64,000 nucleotides of DNA from the human T2T-CHM13v2.0 reference genome, Homo sapiens, in assembly GCF_009914755.1 (NCBI RefSeq), contig NC_060936.1, one strand, 5' to 3'. The translations under genes were made by a program, and so were the position numbers. This document shows, in pieces, positions 1-12,649 of the stretch (position 1 is the stretch's first letter; each line of letters begins with the position of its first letter). Below the pieces are notes generated by a model that worked only from the letters and a program-made list of their open reading frames with translations, ran no database searches and was not told the DNA's origin.

Positions 1-278
<278 letters not shown>

Positions 279-1124
279 GAGAGACAGAGAGAGAGGGAAA
301 AGCAGTACATTATTGAATTGATTGAATTGACACGTGCATTATACATTCTTCTATCTTAAACCCTGTACCCCAATCTCCCTAAATAGCTTCAACAACTATA
401 TTCCCTAATATATTAAAGAGTCAATTTCCTGTTCTAACATAGGAGCTTCACTTCTACTTTCATCTTGATCACCTACTTCCATAAAGCATTAAAACAACTC
501 AAAATACTGGAGTTTCTTTTTCTAGAAGTCTGGCTCATTCTCGTGGGGTTGGGTTTCTGTTGAAGGTACTCTGAGAAACCACCGTCCAGCCAACTGGCTG
601 GGAGGAAGTAGCCCAGATTGCTTGCATAGAGCCACGTCCAGCATCACTTAAATCGTCAGATTTATGAATATGTGGGCTCTATTCCTTGAATTACAAGCAA
701 GTAAGTAATTGATGATGTTAACATAAAAAAAAAAAACTTTAGAAGGCTGCTCTCTTCTTCCTTAAGTGAATTACGAACTTGTTCCTAGGACATATTAGGA
801 AGTAAACAGCATATAATCGCAGGGATTTACAGGGCAATTAGGTTAAGCACTGCAAAAGTGCATTAGTCTGACACTGCACAAACATTCTGATAACAGACAG
901 ATCAAGGCACTGGTCCAAATTGCTCCCCAGAGGGAAGCGTGCATTCACCTAGATCAGGCAGAACCATAATATTCATCAATCCCCAAACTCATGATCTCAG
1001 CTGCACCCCAGGAATCCAAAAAAATCTATGGCAGAATTCAAACCAGGATTGCTTGAGAAACATTAGACGCCTGCTTGCCTCACTGCCTTCCTTTCTTTTT
1101 CTTCCCTTCTTTATTTTTATTTTT

Positions 1125-1275
1125 GCATTTACCATGTGTCAGACCCTATCCGAAGCTCTCTCCACATAGTTTAATACTTAGAACATCCTATGAGGTAGGT
1201 ACTGTAGTGTCTAGATTTTACTTTTAAGAAAACGAAGACATGGAAAGGGGACCTAACTTTCTTTAGCGAGATCAG
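1125..1275 (-). mobile_element. MIR fragment
   Basis: CATCCTATGAGGTAGGTACTGT...ATTTTAC...GAAAACGAAG resembles the antisense MIR core; diverged. Confidence 0.6.
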
Positions 1276-1494
1276 CTAACTAGTGTATTTTTCATGGTAA
1301 TTAACACTAGCTACCCTCAGTTTGCATGCGGATTCTGTCATTTGGGAAGAATTCCCTTATCTGTAAATGTCCACAGCTCTTGGCATTTTGAAAGGTTCTT
1401 CCTTTTGCTGTGATCCTCCTTGTCTACAACTGAAATGGGGGTTGTGGATATTTTTCCCAGTTACTTCCTTACTCATGGAAGCTTGGGGGCCCAA

Positions 1495-2350
1495 GGCATA
1501 TTTTAAGTGTAAGTAGCTTAGCACAACAAACTTTTTCACTTAGAAGTCCAATGGACGTTGACTGGGGCTCTCCTCCATCCAGTGACTTAAGGATCCAGGC
1601 TCCCTCTACCTTGTAATGCCACCATCTCAACACAGGGCTTCCAGGTTCACTCCATCATGGGAGGACAGGAATGGAGGAGGCACCCTGATACTGAAGTGCC
1701 TTGAACTAGAGATAATTCATCATTGATGCTCACATTTCCATCCGCTACAATGTCATCTTGTGGCCTCAGCCCAATTGTAGGGAAAGTCTGGAGATGTAGG
1801 GGAGCACAGGGCTATTGGATGAGCATAAACCCTCAGCAAAGACTGTCTTCCAGCCCCTTCCCACACATTGAGGAATACACTTAACAGCTCCCATTCTGTT
1901 CCCACTAAGAGAAACATCCCCAAGTCTCATGCTCTCACTCCATCCAGCTCACAACGCAGACACTGGGCCGTGGCCGGTCGCAGTACCCTATGGAGGTGTG
2001 GCTCTTCATAGAAAGGAGACAACTGATCTCCACCCTAGACCCAACATGCAATGGTGGACCAAGGACAGAAGAAGGAAGATGCACTCATTTGCGAAAGGAG
2101 AGCTGGGGAGCACACAGCAGACCATGGGCTGTAACATCCATCACATTTCAATGACGGGCCCTGTAAGTTCTCCCTACACTGAGCATGGGGGTGTCCTTGT
2201 TCACTGGCTGATCTTACTAAGGGGAGGAATTCCCTGTCCATCACTGCCTGCGGCTCTTTTCTCTGCTCTCCTGCAGCTCTGCCCTTTCCATCCTCCCCCT
2301 TGTCAACATCCACAGTGGGTGTAGAGGAAGAAGGAACGCCTCCTGGCCAA
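1495..2350 (-). mobile_element. Old MaLR (MLT1-type) LTR plus adjoining internal-sequence remnant
   Basis: AAGTAGCTTAGCACAACA...GGATCCAGGCTCCCTCTACCTTGT...CACATTTCCAT...GGAAAGTCTGGAGATGTAG (MLT1 antisense), then CCAAGTCTCATGCTCTCACTCCATCCAGCTC resembling MLT-int; from recalled consensus. Confidence 0.5.
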
Positions 2351-2776
2351 GTTGCATAAATTCTGCAGCCTGCTTCTTGCTCCTGGACGCTTGGGGGACC
2401 AAGAATTGTTTCACATCTTAAGCAGTAAAAAAATAAAAATAAAAAATCCTGTTAAAACTGGGCTAATGATTTCTTCGACAGGGCAATTTCCTTAAAAGTG
2501 TAGTAACGTAGTAGACTTACTCTTACAGGCTTAAAGCTTAGTAACCTTAAAAACGTATTTGCTTCTGGTCTGTTCCATAATCTATTAATTATACCCAGAG
2601 TTCTTTTTAAAATATATATATATATATATTTCTGAGACTCATCTTATTTCTTTGTTTATCAGTCCCATACTGCTCCCCAAAATGTGGGAAGACATGTTGT
2701 TAATTTGGCCCCAGGCAACTCATCTGATGTACGCTTAGTCTGACCTTTTGCCCCTGAATCAAAGACCTGGGCTTTT

Positions 2777-2871
2777 CGGAAGGCAGAGGTTGCAGTGAGC
2801 CGAGATCACGCCACTGTACTCCAGCCTGGCGACAGAGCGAGACTCCGTCTCCAACAAACGGACAAACAAAA
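2777..2871 (+). mobile_element. 5'-truncated Alu (AluSc-like), 3' ~95 bp only, with 16-bp TSD
   Basis: GGCAGAGGTTGCAGTGAGCCGAGATC...CCTGGCGACAGAGCGAGACTCC; flanked by AAAGACCTGGGCTTTT (2761-2776) and AAAGACCTGGACTTTT (2872-2887). Confidence 0.9.
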
Positions 2872-3647
2872 AAAGACCTGGACTTTTGTTGCCCAAAGGT
2901 TTTGTCAATCTAATATTTTAACATTTCATGTCTAGACAAAGTCTGTTTTTCAACTTTGTAAGGCCCTGAATTTCAGAAATCCCTCTATCCCTCATTTCCT
3001 CTTGCAAACACAATTCCGTCCTGAGCCCATCTGTTCTATTTAATAACTTGCCAAACATAAAATACTAACATTCTGATATTAAACCTTTTTTCCTAGAACT
3101 ACGAGTTGGTTAGGCACAGGGTCCCAGTTGGTTAGACACATTTCAGGAAACAGCTCACCCCGTCACTTTGGCACGTAACTGCCAAGTCACTGCCTTGGTT
3201 TAGGTTTTTTTTTAGAAAGCACCTGACTTCTATTATCAATTTCTTAATTTGTCTGGTAATTTAACCTAAATATTATAAGAGATAAACCCCGAATTCCTGC
3301 ATTGTAACAAAGGTCTCATGTAAGTTGATGGAGCCGCTCCTCTATCCACTGTCTCCTGGATCTGCTCCATCCTCATGCAAACAGAGAATGACAGACACTC
3401 TCGTCTCAACAGGGCGTCTTCCCCATTTGCTGTGATTGGGGAAGATAAGACTGGAGAAGGCACACCCATTCTGTCGTGCCCAGGCCCAGCAGCAATATGT
3501 CATTTTTGTTCACATCGCTGCTTGACAGAACTCAGTCACATGACCCCAGTTTAAACTATGCAGGAGGCTGCAAATGTCAGGAAGTATACGGATGTGGCTA
3601 GTGGGTGTGCCATCGCAGCAACTTCTAGGGAATTGAAAAGTCAGCAT

Positions 3648-4177
3648 CAGAACCGAGAGGACTGTCTCCAGCACCCAGAAGACTGGCTCGAGAACCCAGG
3701 CAACTGTCTCCAGAACCCAGGGGACTGTCTCCAGAACCAAGGTGACTGTCTCCAGAACCAAGGTGACTGTCTCCAGAACCCAGAGGACTGTCTGCAGAAC
3801 CCAGGGGACTGTCTGCAGAACCCAGGGGATCGGCTCCAGAACCCAACCAGCTCCAGAACCCAGGGGACTGTCTGCAGAACCCAGGAGACTGGCTCCAGAA
3901 CCCAGAGTACTGTCTGCAGAATCCAGGCAACTGTCTCCAGAACGCAGGGGACTGACTCCAGAACCCGGGGGACTGGCTGTAGAACCCAGGCGACTGACTC
4001 CAGAACCCAGGTGACTGTCTCCATCACCTAGGCAACTATCTCCAGAACCCAAGGGACTGTCTCCAGGACCCAGGTGACTGTCTCCATAACCTAGGCGACT
4101 GTCTCCAGAACCCAGGGTACTGTCTGGAGAACCCAGGTGACTATCTCCAGAACCCAGGGGACTGGCTCCAGAACCCA
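3648..4177. repeat. 21-bp minisatellite (VNTR), about 25 units, consensus CAGAACCCAGGGGACTGTCTC
   Basis: Units counted at 21-nt spacing from 3648; one shortened 17-nt unit at 3837-3853. Confidence 0.97.
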
Positions 4178-4194
4178 TGCTCTTGAACCCTCTA

Positions 4195-4340
4195 TCAGTG
4201 AGGACTGCACTTGTTGCAAACAGCAGAAACCTAAGTGAAGTGGCTTAACCAAAGAGGGACTGATTTTTCTCACATCATTGGATGTCCAGAAGTAAGCTGT
4301 TTCTGAGATAGTTCCCATAGCTCAGTGAGCTCAAGGCCAG
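4195..4340 (-). mobile_element. MLT1-type LTR fragment (a second fragment lies at about 3480-3600)
   Basis: TTGTTGCAAACAGCAGAAACC...GTGGCTTAACCAAAGAGGG...TCTCACAT; upstream CTCAGTCACATGACC...GCAGGAGGCTGCAAATG. Confidence 0.5.
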
Positions 4341-4654
4341 AGGGACTGATGCCCTGCTGCAAAGAGGACGGGAAGGTGGGTGAACTCCTAGTCATGAATG
4401 GCCTGGGTCACCCTGAGTTCATTTGCAAAGGAGAAAGATAATGGAATGCTTAATAACCAAGAGGGTCAGATGCAATCACTCTGCTATAATCCCTCTTAGT
4501 TCAAACAGTTCTGTCTGGAGTTTAAATCCCAATCACTAATATCTCTGAAGTATCTTTGCCATAGCGAACGGCAGTCCAAAATTCTTCAAGGAAGAAGCAA
4601 AATCTGATCCACTAGTTACAAACTCAGATGTCTACAGAGTCCAGATAAACAGAA

Positions 4655-4770
4655 GAAATGAGTGAAACCAGGCTGGGCGGGGACTGTGGAAAACGAAGAC
4701 CCACACACACACGCCCCGCCTAACCACAGCAGCAGCTGTAAGTCACAGCCATGCACACCGGGGAATTCCA
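4655..4770. promoter_or_regulatory. Candidate enhancer/promoter motif cluster
   Basis: GGGCGGGG 4675-4682, TGGAAAA 4687-4693, CCCCGCC 4714-4720, AACCACA 4722-4728, CAGCTG 4733-4738 and GGGGAATTCC 4760-4769 in apparently non-repeat DNA; motif evidence only. Confidence 0.35.
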
Positions 4771-5123
4771 GCTCTCCCCGGAATCCAAATGATATGAGAA
4801 ATGTGGATTTCATGTGATACATCTTGATTCTTAAAAGCTAGCCATGTCTAGTTAATTTTAATGTGCAGGGCAAACTAAATACCTCTCTTTGCCCTGAGAA
4901 TCTTCCATTTCTAACCTCTAACTGAATCAATACATCTACCCTGGCCCCTGCATTCCGGTATTTATATCTCTTGTAATCAGAAGCACACTTGAATAAATGT
5001 CTCATGGATTCAATGACAATAAGCTCCCCTGACATACAATGTTACCTAACAGCGTATTATATGGCAACACAATAGCCATCGTGAGATTGGACACTGCTAT
5101 CTACTGTCACAGGGCACAAACAC

Positions 5124-5257
5124 AGAACAGGGAAATTTGGATTCTGTCTGGAAATGATTCACTGAATTATTTCACTCCTAGGCAGGCTCTAGAACAGGGA
5201 AATGTGGATTTTGTCTGGGGATGAATCACTGAATTATTTCACCTCTAGGCAGACTCT
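5124..5257. repeat. Tandem duplication, 2 x 67 bp, diverged
   Basis: AGAACAGGGAAAT(T/G)TGGATT...TCACTGAATTATTTCAC...CTAGGCAG(G/A)CTCT starting at 5124 and 5191. Confidence 0.9.
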
Positions 5258-5454
5258 GGAGTCCACAGCAACCTCATCATCAGGGATGAATCTTCCGTCA
5301 AGCTCACTTCTCCCAATATCTGGCCGTTTGTTTAGGTGAAAGGTTACAAAAGGAGGGTTTTCAGTTCATCGTCACAGATATGGTGACTTTGGCTCAGAAA
5401 TAGCTTAATTTATAATTACATTTAAATTATAAAAAAAAAAAAGTACGGCCGTGA

Positions 5455-5832
5455 GACCAGGCATGGTGGCTCACACCTGTAATCCCAGCACTTTGGGAGG
5501 CCAGTGTGAGAGGATTGTTCGAGCCCAGGAGTTTGGGATCAGCATGGGCAATATAGTGAGACCCCATCTCAAAAAAAAAAAAAAAAGAACAAAAAAACTA
5601 AAGAAAAATTAGCTGGGTGTGGTGGTGTATGCCTGTTGTCCCAGCTACTTGGGAGGCCAGGGTGGGAGGATCACTTGAGTCCAGGAGGTCGAGGCTGCCG
5701 TGGGTTGTGATCATGCCACAGCCTGGATGACAGAGCAAGACTCTGTCTCAATAAAATAATTAAAACAAAACAAAACAAAATAAAATAAAATAAAATAAAA
5801 TAAAATAAAATAAAATAAAATAAAATAAAATA
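5455..5832 (+). mobile_element. AluJ with expanded central A-tract and (CAAAA)3(TAAAA)10 tail
   Basis: AluJ-type GAGCCCAGGAGTTT and GGAGGTCGAGGCTGC; pentanucleotide tail 5766-5830. Confidence 0.93.
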
Positions 5833-6439
5833 AGATAGCTGTGAGAACACAGACTTGCTACCCCCGTCCCAGAGCCAGAACTGGCTTGAGTTGAGTGGCA
5901 GCTCCTCTCTTCTCTACTGGCCCCTCCTACATTCCTGTCACCTGCCTGGCCCAGGGAGGCATTCAGATGTGCAATGGCTGGTTTGAAGAAACAGACCACT
6001 AAGCAAAGTCAACCATTACAAAACAGGAGAAACAAAACAACACATTAGAAAACAAGAGGCTGAGGCTGGGACACTTTTATTCTACTTCCTTGTTTGGTGG
6101 GTAAATACAGAAGAGAGCCAAAATTATAGTTTCACTATAAATGGGATAGATGCCATAATGCCAGAAAACCTGCATGCTGAGACTCACAATGAATTAAGTG
6201 AAAGTTGAAGAAGTTGCGGTAGCCTTCAGCCATTTCCGATGCATCAGCGCCCCAATCTCATCATTCAGTATTTGCTTACATGAAACCCAAGGCAGACTGG
6301 CATGGAACCAGAGGAGGAATAGATATTATCGGGAGAGGGACACCATGACTGAGGGGTCTTTGGCCTTCTTTTTCATTGAGGGGCACAGTGGTGTGGTTGT
6401 ATTTGCTGATATGAGAGATGACATTATAGACTTAATTAT

Positions 6440-6818
6440 TGATATGGTTTGGCTGTGTTCCCACCCAAATCTCATCTTGAATTACAGTTCTCATAATCCC
6501 CATGTATCGTGGGAGGGACCCAGTGGGAGGAAATTGAATCATGAGGGTGGTTACCCCCATGCTGCTATTCTTGTGATAGTGAGTGAATTCTCACAAGATC
6601 TGATGGTTTCATAAGGGACTTTTCCCTCTTTTGTTCGGCACTTCTCCTTGCTGCCGCCATGTGAAGAAGGACGTGTCTGCTTCCCCTTCCATTATGATTG
6701 TAAGTTTCCTGAGGCCTCCCCAGCCCTGCTGAACTGTGAGTCAATTAAACCTCTTTCCTTCATAAAGTACCCAGTCTCGGGTACGTCTTCATTAGCAGCG
6801 TGAGAATGGACTAACACA
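6440..6818 (+). mobile_element. THE1 (THE1D/C-like) MaLR solo LTR, complete
   Basis: TGATATGGTTTGGCTGTG...GAATGGACTAACACA, 379 bp, ATTAAA polyA signal, 5-bp TSD ATTAT (6435-6439 / 6819-6823). Confidence 0.93.
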
Positions 6819-7409
6819 ATTATGTGCATTGTGTTTTTTGTTATTGTTGAAGTTTGTTCTGTATGAGCAAAAGCTGATGTAAGGAGGCTGAGTAGACAAG
6901 GAGATGAAGAACACTGGATTTTGTCGCTGTTGTATATTTGTTTGTGGGTTTTTGTTTCATTTTGTTTTTTGTTTTTTGCATGCATCATTCATGTTCCCTA
7001 CTTTTGTCTTCCCCAAATCAGCAGGGCTGGAGGCCAGGCAGTGCATTTCTCAGACTCCTGTACTGCCAGAGTTCTGAAAGCAATTTTTATTTTGTCCTTG
7101 AGATGCACTCACAAAGAATTTTCTGAATCCCATGGGTGTGAGTGAAGCCTGCAGGTGAGAACTGATGGAGAAAACAAGGCCATGGTACCAACGATTCAGA
7201 ACCACTGGCTCTGCTTACAAAGGTTAATGGAAAATGAAGAATGGAAAATAATTAAAGGATCCTAAAAACAGAAACCCTAGCCACCTGACTTGGTTGAGTG
7301 ACAGACATTCCCAGGAAGGTCTTCTCCCACCTACTCAACCCAGTTGTTGTCTCAGGCCTCAGCTTCTCACTTCACCTCCCTGTACCCCAGCTGTTCATCC
7401 ATGAGATGG

Positions 7410-7886
7410 TGTCTTAGTCCATTCTGCCCACTTTAACAGAATGCCACAGACTTGGTAGCTCATAAACAACAGAAATGTCTTACTGTTCCGGGGGCTGGAA
7501 GTTTCAGATGTGGCAGATCTTGTATATACCATTCCTGAGGGGTCTTGAGGCTTCTTTTCATTGAAAGGAGCAGCAGTGCGGTTCTATTTGTTGATGCGAG
7601 AGATGGAGTCACAGGTGCCATCGATGAACCAGGAGATAAAGTCAAGGTGCTGTCAACGGTGCCTCACACCAGAGGACCTGCTTCCTGGTTCATCAATGTC
7701 ATCTTCTCACTGCATCCTCTCCTGGTGGAAGGGGGCGGCATCTCTCTGATGCCTCTTTTCATAAGGGCACTAATCCCATTCATGAGGTTCCACCCTCATA
7801 ATCTAATCACCTCCCAGGGGCCCCGCCACCTAATACATGGGGGTTAATATGAATACTAGGGGGATGCATATATTCAAGACACAGCA
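7410..7886 (-). mobile_element. MLT1A-like MaLR solo LTR containing a ~130-bp foreign insert
   Basis: TGTCTTAGTCCATT...ATAAGGGCACTAATCCCATTCATGAGG...TTCAAGACACAGCA; TSD GATGG (7405-7409 / 7887-7891). Confidence 0.85.
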
Positions 7887-7891
7887 GATGG

Positions 7892-8105
7892 GAATGTGGC
7901 TTTGGAAGCAGACTGGCCTCATTTCAGATCTCAAGTCTGATGCTTTCTGGTACCTCGTAGCTCTGTGGCCTCGACATCGGCACTTCACTTGCCTGTGCTT
8001 TCACTTCCCAATCCGTGAAATGAAGAAAGCCACAGCTAGTGGGCAGTGTTATGAGGACCAGAGACAACCTAGGGAGCCTGCTAAACACAGAGCCTGGAGG
8101 CGTAA
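7892..8105 (+). mobile_element. MIR
   Basis: GGCTTTGGAAGCAGAC...TAGCTCTGTGGCCT...CTGTGCTTTCACTTCCCAATCCGTGAAATG...TGTTATGAGGA...AACACAGAGCCTGG. Confidence 0.7.
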
Positions 8106-8688
8106 AATTTAATTACATAAGCCAACGTGAAATGCCATGAATATAAATGTTACAGATGCGAGGGTCCTATTCCAGTAAGTTTTTAAAAAGATTGTGTGCT
8201 CACTTGCTAATCTCTGGACCCAAAATTGTGAGGGTTTTGTTTTTGCTATGTTTTAGAAAATCATAATATCTAAAATCATTCTTAAATTATTAAAGCAAAA
8301 TAATAATGAGGTCAGAGTAGTAATGCTTCAGCCATCATACCAACATCAGAAAGCAATTGGAACCCTATTCTCTGACAAAATTTACCTGATGTGTTTGTTC
8401 GCTTAACAGACATTGCTTTTGCACTATGGTTTTGTACTAGTCAATGTTCCATCCCATGGTTTGGCAAACCTTTTCTGTAAAAGTTGAGTTACTATATTTG
8501 GCTTTGTAGACTATATGTTCTCTTAAAACTACTCATTTCTACTACAGATAACCTTCAAAAACCAGAAGAGAAGAGGAATCAAATAGTGAGAATCAAATTC
8601 CTTAAAAATTGTACAGCCTTCTGATAAAGTCACTGTGTATTTAAATTATTTAAAATGCACATCTATGTACATACATACAAATACATAC

Positions 8689-9266
8689 TGTGAACCCAAA
8701 AGTATTTGAGACAGGTCAGGATCAAATTAGGACATTTATTTTGCCAAGATAAAGGATGTGTCTGTGACATAGCCTCAGGAGGTCCTGACATGTGCCCAAG
8801 GCGGTTGGGTACAGCTTGCTTTTATATACTTTAGGAAGACAGAAGACATCAATCTCTACATGTAAGATTTACATTGGTTCGATCTGGAAGGGCAGGACAA
8901 CTCGAAGCGGGGGCTGCCTGGTCATAGGTGGATTAAAAACTTTCTGATTGGCAATGGGTTGAAAGAGTTGTTATCAGCAGAAAGGAATAACTGGGTTGAG
9001 ATAAGGGGTTGTGAAGACCAAGGTTTTTTATCATGCAGGTGAAGCCTCCAAATAGCAGGCTTTAGAGAGAATCGATTGTAAATGTTTCTTATCAGACTTA
9101 AGGTCAGAGTTGAGGTTAATGCTGGAGGGGATAATGAGGCATGTCCCACCCCTTCTTCCATCATAGCCTAAAATCGATTTTCAGGTTAACTCTGAAATGC
9201 CCTTGGCCAAGAGGAGAGGTCCATTCAGATGGTCGAGGGGCCTTCGAATTTTATTTTTGGTGTACA
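8689..9266 (-). mobile_element. MER4-family (MER4A-like) ERV1 solo LTR
   Basis: TG...CA termini; GCCTCAGGAGGTCCTGACATGTGCCCAAGG MER4 hallmark; minus-strand start TGTACACCAAAAATAAAATTC; approximate 4-bp TSD ATAC/ATGC. Confidence 0.85.
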
Positions 9267-10141
9267 ATGCATACATACGCTCAGGAAGAGAATCGATCTG
9301 CATCCCTGTTGAAATTCTCTGATAAAAATGGTGCTCTAAAAGGGACAGGTTTTATCACACTGTGATAGCAGAGATCCCCACAGTGCTTTAAATGCATGTG
9401 CAGAAATGTCCCTGCCAATGAACGACTTATGACCTAATTAAATATGGGAACACTTAGCCAATTTCCCTATGTCTACATAATTTTCCAAGCTGTCCCTATT
9501 CCTAAGGGATTCATTTGTCTCGGGTTATCCACTGGCTCCCCCAGCCCCACCACCCATTTGATTTTTTAACTTCCGCCAAATTGCCTTCATTTAAACTCAA
9601 TTAACTTTTAACAGAAAAGGTATCACTGTAATCCCATTTGCAGAACTAAATTCTTTTAATGTCCCCATTATAAATTCCTGTTTCCAGTGTTTCAAACATG
9701 AGGATCATCTGACATTTGGTTTAAAGGTCTCAATCAGGAGTGTTAATGAAACTCGTTAAACAACACTTCTTTGACTCACACCGAATTTCAGTAATCATTT
9801 TCTTCTTAAATATCATCAGAAATAGTTTAAAAGGACATTTCATTTTGCAATTGAGTGTATTATCCTAACAGAACAGGAGCATTCAGGATATGAAAACCAG
9901 AGCTTGTCTCTAGAAAGTCATCCAGAATGAGTCCTATTAGGTTACAATACCCTAACCACGGCCCAAAGCCACGCAGCCCAGGTCAGCAGTGTGTCTAAAC
10001 CATACACATCAATTTCTGCTTCTGTCCCTAAACCTGCTCATCCTCCAAGTGATCCACGGGTTGCTGTCACCACATCGCCAGGGCCATCTTCGATTCTGCA
10101 CATCCTTTCAAGTCCAAAAGCAGGCTGAAGCTGGCAACTCA

Positions 10142-10990
<849 letters not shown>

Positions 10991-11689
10991 AAGTCAGGTC
11001 ACATCATGCCCAGATCCAAGCCCGCAGTGTCTTCCCACGTGGTTCCAAGTGGAGGTTGACACCCCTCCATGGCTTTGGTGACCTTCAGTGTTTCTGGCAC
11101 TCCCACTCCTCTGACCACCATCCCCCATATCCTTCCTCATCTCAGAACAAACACTGTACTTTCTAGAAGGCACCAAGCACACTCAGGCTCCATCTTTGCC
11201 ATGGCTGTGCGCTCTGCATAGTGTGCCCTTCCTGATTGTCCCTCTCTCCCTTCCAGCTCTCTGTTCCAGGGGGCCTTCCTGCCCAAACAGCACCCGACTG
11301 TCCCCACCTGCCATCACCCTGGCCCTCTCATGCTGCCACGATGCTCTCTGGGGAGCTCAGCACCGCCACCCTCCCCCTGCCCCCACTGCCACATGTTGTC
11401 TATTCATGCACATTTCTCCTCTCTCTCCACTAGAACGTACACTTGAGGCCAAGACTTTGTCTCTTTACTCACTGCCATATCCCCACTGGCCAAAATGCTG
11501 TGCTTGGCACCACCGATGCACCCAGTGAATGTTTGATATTAACATTCTCTCCCCACTCCTCTGCCTTGGTGTCCAAATAAAGTGAGTGAATGCTTAGGAA
11601 GTGCTAGAGAGTGAGGCAGGTGGTGTCCCAGAGCTTTAAAAGAGCGACATGTTAACTATTCCAACCATTATGCCAGCCTGGTCAATTAA

Positions 11690-11845
11690 CACACTACATC
11701 TTCCAGTGGAGGTAGGTACTATCACTATCTCCAACAAAGAGTCTGAGGCACAGAGAGGCTAAATGACTTGCTCAGAGACACACAGCTGTTTACCTGAGGC
11801 AGGTTTCGAACCCAGGTGGTCTGGGACTAGAGCCCCAGTGCGGGT
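11690..11845 (-). mobile_element. MIR
   Basis: GAGGTAGGTACTATC...TGAGGCACAGAGAGGCTAAATGACTTGCTCAGAGACACACAGCT...TTCGAACCCAGG. Confidence 0.8.
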
Positions 11846-12649
11846 GAAACCACCTCCCTTTATGGATGCTCTTCCTTCAAGTTTTTCTTCCTTCTTTTCT
11901 CCTTCCTTCCTTCCTGTTACGTCTATGCTATGGTCTGTTCTCTCCCTAGCGCCCATTTGATTTTGGAAAAGGAGAGAAGGTTGTGCTCCTCTCTGGAGGG
12001 AAACCCTCAAGTGTTACCCAGTCTCAGTGAGGCAACTTCCTTTCGCAAAAAGAGCCTCAGTAGGTACGTGGGGGAACTCTCTCTTCTCAGAGACACACAT
12101 AAAATCCAGGGAAAGTGGAAATGGTTGAAACAATAAGTGAATCGTTAGGCCACACAAAGTCTGCATTTCGAAACGGATGAAAAAGCAGAAGCCAGCAAGA
12201 GTCCACAAGCCCCACTCGTCCACTAGCCCCACAGGCATAATCTGGAGAGACCAGGGAGCTTCGGTGTGGGCGATGACGAGAAGATGACGTTGCTGTAATC
12301 GGCACCGACAGTGGGCGCGTATGGGGCAGTCAGCACGCAGGAGGGGCTCTTACGCCTTGGCAAGGGTCACTAGGGAATCCTTGGATATCTAATATATAAT
12401 GCAAGAAATTGAAATGTGGATAAATTTTGGGGAACGTATACCTAGGTAGAGGTTCAAGGAAAAGTCCAGCTGACCGACTATATCCTACATCCTAGCCAGA
12501 TCTAACTTCTCTACATATAGAAAAGTCCAGGTCACCACTCACCTCCCCCAGGAATATGTCCGTAACTATATCAGCAAACAGGGCTTTCCCTCTGCTCTGA
12601 ACTCTACTATATGGTGTTATACAAGCCGGAGCTCTTTTCTGTTTCTGCA

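Noticed and set aside
1929-2324. 131-aa ORF
   Set aside because: Lies in probable MaLR internal sequence; no recognisable domain or exon structure.
3648-4177. CRISPR-like array
   Set aside because: Units are contiguous with no unique spacers, there are no cas genes and the context is primate; it is a minisatellite.
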